Assembly: GCA_963824385.1 (NCBI GenBank) | Contig: CAWGPD010000004.1 | Location: forward strand, 224,001 to 288,000 | DNA from: an uncultured Nitrososphaerota archaeon | GTDB lineage: Archaea; Thermoproteota; Nitrososphaeria; Nitrososphaerales; Nitrosopumilaceae | Direction: 5' to 3' | DNA length: 64,000 nucleotides | Shown here: one piece after another, positions 32,989-42,335 of the stretch | How positions within the stretch are numbered: position 1 is the first letter of the stretch | Layout: every line of letters begins with the position of its first letter | Program-made: the position numbers and the translations under genes | Notes under the pieces: model-generated | What the model saw: the letters and a program-made list of their open reading frames with translations, nothing else | Told to the model about the DNA's origin: nothing | Databases searched by the model: none

Positions 32989-34778
32989 ATGCTAAAATTC
33001 CAAAATAAACTCGTGGTTATTACTGGAAGTGGAACTGGAATAGGAAAGGCAATAGTCTATAAAGTTTGCAGAAAATGGTGCAAACATAGTAATTCTAGGA
33101 AGAAGAAGAGAGCCACTTGAAGATGCTGCCAAAGAATTAGAGCAAGTAATTTCAAAAGTAAATAGCGGTTCATTTGTAAAAATTTTCTCAGGTGTTGATG
33201 TAAGTGATGAGGAGGGAGTCTCAAAGATGTTTGAGGAACTCAAAAAATCACATGGTGGTGTAGATATAGTAGTCAACAATGCAGGAGTTTCAGGACCAGT
33301 TACATGTTTTGCCAATTCTCCAATTTCTGAATTTAAGAGTACAGTAGGGATCCATCTAACTGGAACATTTTGGACATCATCTCAGGCAATAAAAACAATG
33401 AAGCCTGGCTCAAAAATAGTAACAATATCCACATTCTTTACTGAAGAGAGACCATATGAACAACGACCGTATAGATTCAGAAGTCCATATACTGCATCTC
33501 AGGGAGCAAAGAATAGACTTGCGGAAGCAATGTCATGGGAGTTGACTGACAAGGGAATCATATCAATAGCTACAAATCCAGGACCAGTGCATTCTGATAG
33601 GATTTACAAAACAGTATATCCAAAAGCGGCTGCAGAATTTATGAGAGTAAGTGGTTTTGAAAACATCACTCCAGAAGAAGTGGAGATAGTCAATGGCGAA
33701 ATACTTCCGTTGCTTGGAGAAGATGAAAAAATAGTAAGAGAAGGAATTAGTAAAGCTGCAACAAAGCTTGCAAAATTAAAATCAGTCAGTTCCGAATCAG
33801 ACATACAAAATTTAGAAAAAACAATTTCTGCATTATTATCTAAAATCCAACAGATTGCAGAAAAGATTCAAAATAATACTAGCAAAATGATTGCAGATGA
33901 ACAGTTCCTAACACAACCACAAGTAGCTGAAACTGTTTTGATGCTAAGTGATGATAAAATAGCTCAGAATCCTAAATGGCAAAGTCATACCCGGAGATTG
34001 TGTATTTTACCCAGTAAAGCCACACATAGCATGCTCCATTCCAGAGACTCAACCAAACTTTAATGCAAAAGTTGTTGTATTTGCAGTGGACGCTACAGAT
34101 GAATCAGATGTAGTAAGAACTGAATTCCTAGCTCAAAAAGTTGAAAATAGTGGAGGAAAGACAGTAATTCTAATCTCAAAAACAAGTCCCAAGATTGCAG
34201 AAGAACGATTATCAAAATTCCATTCTCATGTAATGGATTTGTCAAATCAAGAAAGTGTGAAGAGGATGTTAAACACAGCAACTCAGAAAATAGGGCCAAT
34301 AAGTAATATAATTTACATAACTGGAAAGGTTCCTCAAGTAGGCAAGTTTGTGGATTTATCTAGAAAGGAATGGGATGGACTAGTTGACAAATTCATAAAC
34401 ACCCCTGCTATCTTTTTGCAAGAATCTCTAAACATATTTGTTCCAGGAGGGGCAAAGAACCCACCACTTTTCAAGAACAAGGAAGGAACCATGATAGTCA
34501 TAGGACCAGACATGCCATCAGGAGGCAAAGTTACAGGAGGAGATAGAGCTAGAATAGAAGTATTCAGAGGTGCCCTCAGACCATTTTCCACCACAGTAAA
34601 CCAAGAACTAAGTGATGTTCTAAAATCAAAACTTAGGATTTACTTGGTGCTACCTGGAAGCGTAGATGGTACCGAGTCAAACAATGAAAACATCATCAAG
34701 GCAGTAAATTATCTCACTTCTGGAAAGTCAATCAATAATGCCGAGATAATTTACTATCCGGACGAAACAAGAACCTGA
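32989..34778 (+). CDS. Tandem-domain SDR oxidoreductase (~595 aa after repairing indels near 33056 and 33965), malonyl-CoA-reductase-like
   Basis: TGSGTGIG, NNAG, YRFRSPY and NPGPVHSDR motifs, then a second degenerate SDR domain. Confidence 0.85.
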
Positions 34779-35239
34779 TGAAAAAATTCATCCAATTAAA
34801 CGTCGGTGACGAGTTTCATTCAGAATGTAAAATAACTTCGTCAGATCTTGATAGTTATCTTTCATTTTCAGGAATTAAAAACATAATTTATGAAGATAAA
34901 GAATTTACAAATGGGAAACGAATGGTTTCGGGAAGAGCCATTTTATCAAAGATAGAAGGAGAATTTACAAAATTAGAAGAGATGTATGGAAATCTTTTGA
35001 TTTTCTATGGAATAGACGGAGATCCTAGTTGGAATAACAGACAGACTAGATTTCTAAAGCCCCTTTTTACAGACGAGAAATTAAAGATAAAATTTAAGAT
35101 TTCGGAGAAGAGAGAACTCAATGAGGAATTTGGATTAATAGGAATAGATTTCGAAGGGGCAAATGAGGATGGAAAGACAGTTGTAATTTCAAAGAAAAAT
35201 CTCTACCAGATTAAGAAGGATGCCCCAGTCCATCAATAA
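34778..35239 (+). CDS. MaoC-like hot-dog-fold protein
   Basis: LNVGDEF…ITSSDLDSYLSFSG…RFLKPLF pattern; TGATG coupling to the SDR gene. Confidence 0.65.
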   Translation: MKKFIQLNVGDEFHSECKITSSDLDSYLSFSGIKNIIYEDKEFTNGKRMVSGRAILSKIEGEFTKLEEMYGNLLIFYGIDGDPSWNNRQTRFLKPLFTDEKLKIKFKISEKRELNEEFGLIGIDFEGANEDGKTVVISKKNLYQIKKDAPVHQ

Positions 35240-35969
35240 TTAGTTTAATTGCAGCAGCCCCAATCACTATAGTTACAAACAGTCTAAGTTTTGTCTCATT
35301 GACGCGTGTAGACAGTTTACTTCCAATCATGCCGCCTATGAAAGATCCTATTGAAAGCATTCCTGCCTCATAGTAATTTGGATGACCTAATAGGGAATGC
35401 ACTATCATGCCAGAGGCAGATGCAAACATTAGGATAAACTGGGAGGTGGGAGCAGCAAGTTTCATTGACAGTCCTATTGCAATTATCATCAAAGGAACAA
35501 AAACAACACCGCCCCCAATTCCAAACAGACTAGAAATTATACCTGCAAAGAAACTTGCACCTACTGCAAGAAGCATAATTTGTTTAGATAAATTATATTC
35601 TCTTGATTCCATTTTTCTTCGCATGTAAATGTAAACACAAGACGCTACAAGAACAAGCCCAAACAACAATTTGAATATGGCAGGAGAGACTTGATCTGAG
35701 ATATATGCGCCCATAATTGTTCCAGGTATTGAGATAAGCGCAAGTTTGATGCCAAGTGAGTAGACAATTCTTTTTTGCCTAGAATACGATACGGTAGAGG
35801 CTACAGAATTGGCAAAAGCTGCAAATAGACTATCACTTGCTGCAAGAGTTGGAGAAAATCCAAAAAATGTCAACACGGGTACTACAATGAATCCGCCTCC
35901 CAGTCCTATCATAGAACCTACAATACCAGCTACAAACCCAAGTGGCAGGAGCCACAAATATTCAAACAA
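35211..35969 (-). CDS. TauE/SafE (TSUP) family membrane transporter
   Basis: Duplicated GLGGG/GIGGG motifs; ~8 TM segments. Confidence 0.9.
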   Translation of the reverse strand: MFEYLWLLPLGFVAGIVGSMIGLGGGFIVVPVLTFFGFSPTLAASDSLFAAFANSVASTVSYSRQKRIVYSLGIKLALISIPGTIMGAYISDQVSPAIFKLLFGLVLVASCVYIYMRRKMESREYNLSKQIMLLAVGASFFAGIISSLFGIGGGVVFVPLMIIAIGLSMKLAAPTSQFILMFASASGMIVHSLLGHPNYYEAGMLSIGSFIGGMIGSKLSTRVNETKLRLFVTIVIGAAAIKLIIDGLGHPS

Positions 35970-36042
35970 CTATAACACCAAAAGATATTTTCCACAGATT
36001 AAAGAGTCACGTCAACCTTCGTAAACCAAGATATGGAGTTAA

Positions 36043-36702
36043 TTACTTGGCTACGAGAAGTTTCCAAAGATAGCCGTTTTCATTTGTAGTAAGTTCAATC
36101 TTGAAATGCTTGTTTCCCAATGCAAGTGTAGGTGTACTAGTAGTAGGGTCTTTAGTACTCAGATGATCATCCCGTAATTTGTCCAATAGTGAATTTAAGG
36201 AAGTATATCCACTAGTGGAATTATTTTCCCAGCATGAACATATGGTACTGTTGAGAGTAACTCCAAAAACAGTTTTTACATCGTCATAATTGCTCAGCAT
36301 CGGATTTGACTGCAGCGCCACCACCACAATTCCAGGTACATCCTGTGAGCCCAACATGGTGATATCCCCAAGAAATCCCTGATTATCTTTGAGTTCTGTA
36401 GAAGTGCAATATGTTACTAGAGCCTGCTTTGTTGGATCAGTAAGAAAATTGCAATATTGGCGAACGTCGGCATCACTACTCAGTCGAATTGGTTTTGTCA
36501 TGTTAATATGATATGTTGCCAAAGTAGATCTGAGATCAGAGTTCTCTTCATCATATGAAAAATCAAGAAATGCAACTTGGCCAGGTTGCTGAGTATTTTG
36601 AACTGGTGGTGGAGGAACAGCGAATTGAGTAATTATAATTATAACAGCGACAACTATTGCCGCGCCAGATATTCCCAAATAAACATATTTTTTAGACTTC
36701 AC
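36043..36702 (-). CDS. Membrane-anchored hypothetical protein
   Basis: N-terminal TM helix, poly-Pro linker, four Cys. Confidence 0.8.
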   Translation of the reverse strand: MKSKKYVYLGISGAAIVVAVIIIITQFAVPPPPVQNTQQPGQVAFLDFSYDEENSDLRSTLATYHINMTKPIRLSSDADVRQYCNFLTDPTKQALVTYCTSTELKDNQGFLGDITMLGSQDVPGIVVVALQSNPMLSNYDDVKTVFGVTLNSTICSCWENNSTSGYTSLNSLLDKLRDDHLSTKDPTTSTPTLALGNKHFKIELTTNENGYLWKLLVAK

Positions 36703-36785
36703 AAGTTAATTTCCATATAATGCTTTAATAAAGTAATCTTAGAATTCGTCAATCTTAATTAATACCAAAAGGTGTCTTGTGGATA

Positions 36786-37805
36786 TTGCGAATAATATTA
36801 TCAGGTTTTGGAGTTGTCGGACAAAGTTTTGCAAAATTATTACTTTCTAGATCAGAGGATCTATATGCAAAACACGGATTAAAGCCAAGAATAGTAGGAG
36901 TATTTGATTCAAAAGGTTCAGCTGCGTCTTCTGCAGGTCTTGATTTAAACAGATTGTTAGAGGTAAAGAAAAAATATGGAAATATAAGAAAATATCATAA
37001 CAAGGAAAAAGATGCAAACGGTTTAGACATGATAAATGGAATGGATGCTGAAGTATTAATTGAAACCACTCCGAGCAACTACAAGGATGCAGAGCCTGGC
37101 ATGTCACACATTGTTAACGCAATGAAAAAAGGGTTACATGTAATTACAGTAAACAAGGGGCCGCTGGCTCTGGCATTTCCCTCATTGATTGAATTGGCAA
37201 CATACAATCAAGTCCAGTTAAAATTTAGCGGAACTGTGGGAGGAGGTACACCGATTTTAGACTATGCAAAGAATAGTTTACGCGGAGAACGCATAGTGTC
37301 ATTTCAAGGAATTCTAAATGGTACCACCAACTACATACTGACAAACATGGCAACAGGATTAACGTTCAAGGCAGCACTTGCAGATGCAAAGAAGAAAGGG
37401 TATGTAGAGGCAGACGAGTCACTTGACATAGATGGTTTTGATGCTGCTGCAAAACTTGTCATACTTGCAAATTGGATCATGGACATGAAAGTAACCATAA
37501 AAGACATCAAAAGAATAGGAATTAGAGATGTTACTACATCAGATATTAAAAAGGCAGCATCCAATAATTGTGCGGTAAAATTGATTGCATCGTGTGATAG
37601 AGAGTTAGTCGTATCGCCAAAGGAAATACCTCTTGATGATCCAATGTGTGTCAACGGTACACTAAATGCCATCACGTTTAATTCTGAGCACTCGGGTCAG
37701 CAGACAATAATTGGACGCGGTGCCGGAGGCATAGAAACAGCCAGTTCTATTTTACGTGATTTGTTAGATATCAAACAGGAGATGTCAAGAATTGAAATCG
37801 CATAA
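36786..37805 (+). CDS. hom: Homoserine dehydrogenase
   Basis: GFGVVG, VNKGPLA, TVGGGTP, GILNGTTNYIL and GRGAG motifs. Confidence 0.95.
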   Translation: MRIILSGFGVVGQSFAKLLLSRSEDLYAKHGLKPRIVGVFDSKGSAASSAGLDLNRLLEVKKKYGNIRKYHNKEKDANGLDMINGMDAEVLIETTPSNYKDAEPGMSHIVNAMKKGLHVITVNKGPLALAFPSLIELATYNQVQLKFSGTVGGGTPILDYAKNSLRGERIVSFQGILNGTTNYILTNMATGLTFKAALADAKKKGYVEADESLDIDGFDAAAKLVILANWIMDMKVTIKDIKRIGIRDVTTSDIKKAASNNCAVKLIASCDRELVVSPKEIPLDDPMCVNGTLNAITFNSEHSGQQTIIGRGAGGIETASSILRDLLDIKQEMSRIEIA

Positions 37806-38268
37806 CATATCCAAAAGCGATATTTCTGAAGTCATGGACAAGATGACTAAACAGTGGCATATCGAGTTACCAAAAGCAAAGACATTGGTATTGCATGAAC
37901 TTGATGACAGTACCAGCTTGATAACCGGAGATAGTATTATGGCAATACGGATAGGAGAAACCTACCTTCCATTTCTTTCAGAGACTGGACTTTTAGAAAA
38001 ATTTCCAAAAGCTGTAGTTGATGCAGGAGCCATAAAGTTTGTTTGCAATGGAGCCAATGTCATGCGTCCTGGAATTAAAAAATTTTCAGAATTTAAAAAA
38101 GATGACATAATTTGCGTTGTTGAAGAAGCCCATAACAAGTTTCTTGCAATTGGAAAAGCATTGGTATCAAGTGAGGAGATGTCAACTATAACAAAAGGTG
38201 AAGTTGTAAAGAACTTGCATTACATCTCTGATAAATATTGGGAATCTGCCAAACTAATTAAAAAGTAA
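37792..38268 (+). CDS. PUA-domain RNA-binding protein
   Basis: VDAGAIKFVCNGANVMRPGI and NLHYISD motifs. Confidence 0.9.
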   Translation: MKSHNISKSDISEVMDKMTKQWHIELPKAKTLVLHELDDSTSLITGDSIMAIRIGETYLPFLSETGLLEKFPKAVVDAGAIKFVCNGANVMRPGIKKFSEFKKDDIICVVEEAHNKFLAIGKALVSSEEMSTITKGEVVKNLHYISDKYWESAKLIKK

Positions 38269-38273
38269 ACAAA

Positions 38274-38867
38274 CTATTTTTCTGTAGTTTCTCTTGTTCC
38301 ATTCTTGTCAACTACAAGTATGTCAATCCCGTCACCGCTTGCATTGTCTCTCATTATTGCAGACTTTATGGACCTGACTGCAAGTTTTACGGCATCCTGT
38401 TCGCTCATCTTGGGTTTGAATTCTTGGTCAAGAACACCAAGTGCCATCTCTGCACCGGTTCCTACTGCTGCATAATCATCAGGTAAGACAGAACCTAGCG
38501 GATCCAATGTGTAAATTACAGATTCACCATCTACTCCCCCAACTATGACTTGGGTCAAGAGCGGATAGTACCTTCGCTCATACATTAAACTAGACATCAT
38601 CTTTGCTACAGAGTTTGGAGGAATTTCACGTTTGAGTTCCATCTTTCTTATCTTGGTCATTGCCCTCATCTGCATTGCTAAAACCTGCATGTCTGCAACC
38701 ATTCCAGCACAGCATGCCCCGACAAAGTCAGTAATCTTGAACGTCTTTTTAGTAGTCTTGCTTACAACAAAATTACCATAAGAGATTCTTCTCTCACTTG
38801 CCATAACTACGCCACCGTCATAAGTAATGCCGACTGCGGTAGCTCCTGGCATGTACATGTAAGCCAT
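38274..38867 (-). CDS. psmB: Proteasome beta subunit, probably non-catalytic
   Basis: GATAVGI…ASERR, GMVADMQ, LDPLGS and RDNASG motifs. Confidence 0.92.
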   Translation of the reverse strand: MAYMYMPGATAVGITYDGGVVMASERRISYGNFVVSKTTKKTFKITDFVGACCAGMVADMQVLAMQMRAMTKIRKMELKREIPPNSVAKMMSSLMYERRYYPLLTQVIVGGVDGESVIYTLDPLGSVLPDDYAAVGTGAEMALGVLDQEFKPKMSEQDAVKLAVRSIKSAIMRDNASGDGIDILVVDKNGTRETTEK

Positions 38868-38984
38868 GTTTGAACTTCAAAATGAGCACAATAAAGGCCT
38901 TTCTGTATTATCATGCACAGATCAATTATCTACAGGCAAAGGATCAGATAATTTCCATTTTTTAAAAATTGGATTTTATAAAAC

Positions 38985-40334
38985 CTATTGTAACGCAAAA
39001 TTTCTAATTATTTTGCACATGCATTTTGTAGTTTTCCTCAACAAGTCAATTCTTGCAAATTCATTGGGCGAGTGGATTCGTGCAAAAACATACGTGCTTC
39101 CAATTGCAATACATGGAGACTTTAGGAATTTAACAAATGAAAACATCGGACCTGTTCCTGCAGAAGAAACACTAAGTATCGAAGTTCCAAACGATTCATC
39201 TGCTGCCTTTTTAACGGTGTTAACAAAAGGATCAGAGATCTTTGTCCTAGCCGCAGCCTCTCCATGAATCAGTTTGACATCAATGTCATCAAATCCATTT
39301 TCTTTAAGATGTTTTTTCAGCCTGAGCAGTTGCTTTTGTGGTTCCATTTTAGGAATCAATCTAAAATCAATTTTTACTAATGCCTTGGAAGGTAAGACAG
39401 TCTTTGCGCCAGGTCCTTCATAACCAGATGTGAATCCTGCTATGTTACAGGTTGGATCTCCTACCAGTGCTTTTTTTATTTCTAAACCTTTTTTGTTTCC
39501 GACAAATTTTTTAATGCCATATTCTTTTTTGAATGAGTTTTCATCAAACGGTTCAGAGTTTATAATCAAAAGATCTTCTTTTGTAAATTTGTCTACCTCT
39601 TTGTACCAATCTTTTATCAGTATCGTACCATTCATATCGCGAAGTGTCTTTAATGCCTCAACTAGTCTCCAAGCAGGGTTTTCAATAATTACTGCAAGAC
39701 TGGAATGAGCATCTCGTATTGATTCTTTTTTAGACAATTCCACATAGAGAAGACCCTTCATTCCAAGACTGATTATCGGCCTATTTTTTTCATCCACATA
39801 GCCAAATTCCCAGATAACTGCATCACATGATAGTTTCTTTTCATATTTTTTCAAATAGTCTTCAATGTGTACGCTTCCAATCTCTTCTTCTCCTTCGATG
39901 AAAAATTTAATGTTGCAAGGAACGTCACCGGTTGTGTTTAGAAATGCTTCTACTGCCTTTATTCGAGTAATTAATTCACCCTTGTCATCAGCAGAACCTC
40001 TCCCAAAAATTTTGTTTCCTTTAATTTTTCCGCTAAACGGTTTATCATCCCATAGTTCAAGAGGCTCTTCTGGCTGTACGTCATAATGGTTGTAGAAAAG
40101 TAGTGTCTTTCCAGGATTTTGTTTTGATTTGACTTCACCATATATTGCAGGGGGAATTCCTGTTTTGATACGAAGCAGTTCTGCACGAATGCCAGACTTT
40201 TTCATCATTTGAACAACCAATCCAGCACACTCTTCAAGCCCCAGATTTTTTGCTGAAACACTGGGCTGTTGTATTAGTTTTTGTAGATCAGAAACTAGAC
40301 TTGAAAAATTCTTGTCAACATATGTTTCTTGCAT
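38985..40334 (-). CDS. M20/M25/M40 family metallopeptidase/deacylase
   Basis: YNHYDVQP, GRGSADDKG, EGEEEIGS and HSPNE motifs. Confidence 0.92.
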   Translation of the reverse strand: MQETYVDKNFSSLVSDLQKLIQQPSVSAKNLGLEECAGLVVQMMKKSGIRAELLRIKTGIPPAIYGEVKSKQNPGKTLLFYNHYDVQPEEPLELWDDKPFSGKIKGNKIFGRGSADDKGELITRIKAVEAFLNTTGDVPCNIKFFIEGEEEIGSVHIEDYLKKYEKKLSCDAVIWEFGYVDEKNRPIISLGMKGLLYVELSKKESIRDAHSSLAVIIENPAWRLVEALKTLRDMNGTILIKDWYKEVDKFTKEDLLIINSEPFDENSFKKEYGIKKFVGNKKGLEIKKALVGDPTCNIAGFTSGYEGPGAKTVLPSKALVKIDFRLIPKMEPQKQLLRLKKHLKENGFDDIDVKLIHGEAAARTKISDPFVNTVKKAADESFGTSILSVSSAGTGPMFSFVKFLKSPCIAIGSTYVFARIHSPNEFARIDLLRKTTKCMCKIIRNFALQ

Positions 40335-40337
40335 AAA

Positions 40338-41198
40338 TTATTTCACTTTATCAAATGCTTTCATTGCAAATGGTATAAAATCCAATAGATCTGTAGCCAC
40401 AATATGCAAACCATATTTTTTTTGTGCCATATATCCAGCCTTTCCATTGACAAATACGGCTGCAGAAGAGGCTTGTACAGGATTTTTATTTTTTGAAAGC
40501 ATTGCCGCTACAACGCCAGACAGTACATCTCCTGTTCCTCCCACAGTCATGGCCGCAATATTTTTTGGATTCAAATATGTTTGAGTTCCATCAGAGACGA
40601 TATCTGTCGGACCTTTTAGCAATATGGTTACACCGTTATCTTTTGCATACTTTTCAACCATGATAGTTCTCTGTTTTACATTATCTGGAGGCATCTCCCC
40701 AAAGAGTCTCCTAAACTCTCCGGCATGAGGCGTTACTACCACCTTTTTGTCTTGAATATCTGGAAGAATTTCAGGCACTAGACAACTTGCGTCAAGTGAG
40801 AGCATAACTGCCCTATCTAAAAGTGAACGAATCAGAATTTTTATTGCTTCGCGGTCTTGAATTCCAAGACCCATCCCCATTGTGGCAGAATCTAGTTCTT
40901 TTGGTATGATTCCAAGTAATTTCTGGACTGAGCCTCTAGTAAGTTTGACATCGACTAATGGTACAACAATAAGATTTGGAGAAAAAGCACGAGTTGACAT
41001 TACATTAATTTTTGGAACACATGTGTATACCAGATCAGTTCCTGCCCGTAATGCTGCAATAGATGACAGAATTGGAGCCCCATGGTATAGATAATTTCCG
41101 CCAAGAACTAGAACTTTACCGTTATCGCCTTTTCTTGACAGAGTCTTTCGAGTAGGTATAAAGCTCTTAACAATTAAGGGCTGTAGAATCTTTGCCAA
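40338..41198 (-). CDS. nnrD: ADP-dependent NAD(P)H-hydrate dehydratase
   Basis: RKGDNGKVLVLGG, TPHAGEF and GGTGDVLSG motifs. Confidence 0.92.
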   Translation of the reverse strand: MAKILQPLIVKSFIPTRKTLSRKGDNGKVLVLGGNYLYHGAPILSSIAALRAGTDLVYTCVPKINVMSTRAFSPNLIVVPLVDVKLTRGSVQKLLGIIPKELDSATMGMGLGIQDREAIKILIRSLLDRAVMLSLDASCLVPEILPDIQDKKVVVTPHAGEFRRLFGEMPPDNVKQRTIMVEKYAKDNGVTILLKGPTDIVSDGTQTYLNPKNIAAMTVGGTGDVLSGVVAAMLSKNKNPVQASSAAVFVNGKAGYMAQKKYGLHIVATDLLDFIPFAMKAFDKVK

Positions 41199-41206
41199 CA
41201 GTCGTT

Positions 41207-42085
41207 TTATTTTTTAAGAGATGATAAACTTTCGTCTTCAGAAGATTCAAGTTCTTCAGTCTCAATTTCTGGCTGTTCAACAGGTGCTAATATCTTGCGA
41301 AAGCTTGCAGGAGTGATAACCTTTCTTGCAAATGCAACATATGTGGTATGACCTATTGCTCTAAACGAGTGTCTTGTCTTACCATCTCTTGCTTCTATAG
41401 TTCGAACAATTTGTTCTGTACATTCAATATCAAAGAAATCATTTTGTCGTAACGCTGCAGCCAGTTTCTCCAGCTGATTCATGGTAGGACATATTGAAAC
41501 AAATGCACCGCTGCCCTTTAGCATCTTTCTTGCCTGTGGAACAACCACCCATGGATCTCCAAGATCAACTATAACTACATCAGCGTCTTTTTGAGGCATT
41601 TTTTTGGCAGTTTTTATGTCCAGTTTTGTCATTGTCACATACTTTGATACCCCCGCCTTTTCGATATTTTTTCTGGCAATTGCCATAAAATTTTCATCCA
41701 CATCATATGTGTAAACATGACCTTTTGGTTTTACAATACTTGCAAGAAATGTTGTAAAGGAGCCGCTTCCAGTACCAATCTCCACTATCTTTTGACCGCT
41801 TTGCAGTCCAATTCTTGCTGCGATAAATCCAAGATCCTTTGGATAAACAATCTGTGTACTGCGCTGACTTTTCATTACATAGTCATAGATGGTAGGTTCT
41901 AGAGCAAAAATTATCTTGCCTTTATTTGTCTTGATAGCTGTGCCAAACGGTTTTCCTATCACTTTTTTATGATTTATAATTCCTACATGGGTATGAAATT
42001 TTTGTTTTGGTGCAACTCTCATCAACCATTTTTTTGAATCATTATAAAAAAACAACACATTGTCGTTTTGTTTTATTTTCCTCAT
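41207..42085 (-). CDS. trmI: tRNA (adenine-N1)-methyltransferase
   Basis: TQIVYPKD, EIGTGSG and GHTTY motifs. Confidence 0.92.
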   Translation of the reverse strand: MRKIKQNDNVLFFYNDSKKWLMRVAPKQKFHTHVGIINHKKVIGKPFGTAIKTNKGKIIFALEPTIYDYVMKSQRSTQIVYPKDLGFIAARIGLQSGQKIVEIGTGSGSFTTFLASIVKPKGHVYTYDVDENFMAIARKNIEKAGVSKYVTMTKLDIKTAKKMPQKDADVVIVDLGDPWVVVPQARKMLKGSGAFVSICPTMNQLEKLAAALRQNDFFDIECTEQIVRTIEARDGKTRHSFRAIGHTTYVAFARKVITPASFRKILAPVEQPEIETEELESSEDESLSSLKK

Positions 42086-42139
42086 AACTTGACCTAATCA
42101 AATGTGGATAAATAGCTTCACTCTAGAAATTATTTCAAG

Positions 42140-42325
42140 TTATTTTGTAAGTTCTTGGTTATCTTTTGGTTTTCTTTTTAACAATCTACCAGATACAACT
42201 GATGCTATCCAAAATGACACCCCAGTCCATACCATACTCTGAGATACGGAAAACATTCCTACAACTGTAAACACCAGACCTATCGCTGCAAAGATTACAG
42301 GTATTACCGCCTTGGGTGAAACCAA
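42140..42325 (-). CDS. Small two-TM membrane protein
   Basis: 61 aa, two hydrophobic segments and a basic tail. Confidence 0.65.
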   Translation of the reverse strand: MVSPKAVIPVIFAAIGLVFTVVGMFSVSQSMVWTGVSFWIASVVSGRLLKRKPKDNQELTK

Positions 42326-42335
42326 CTATTTCATC

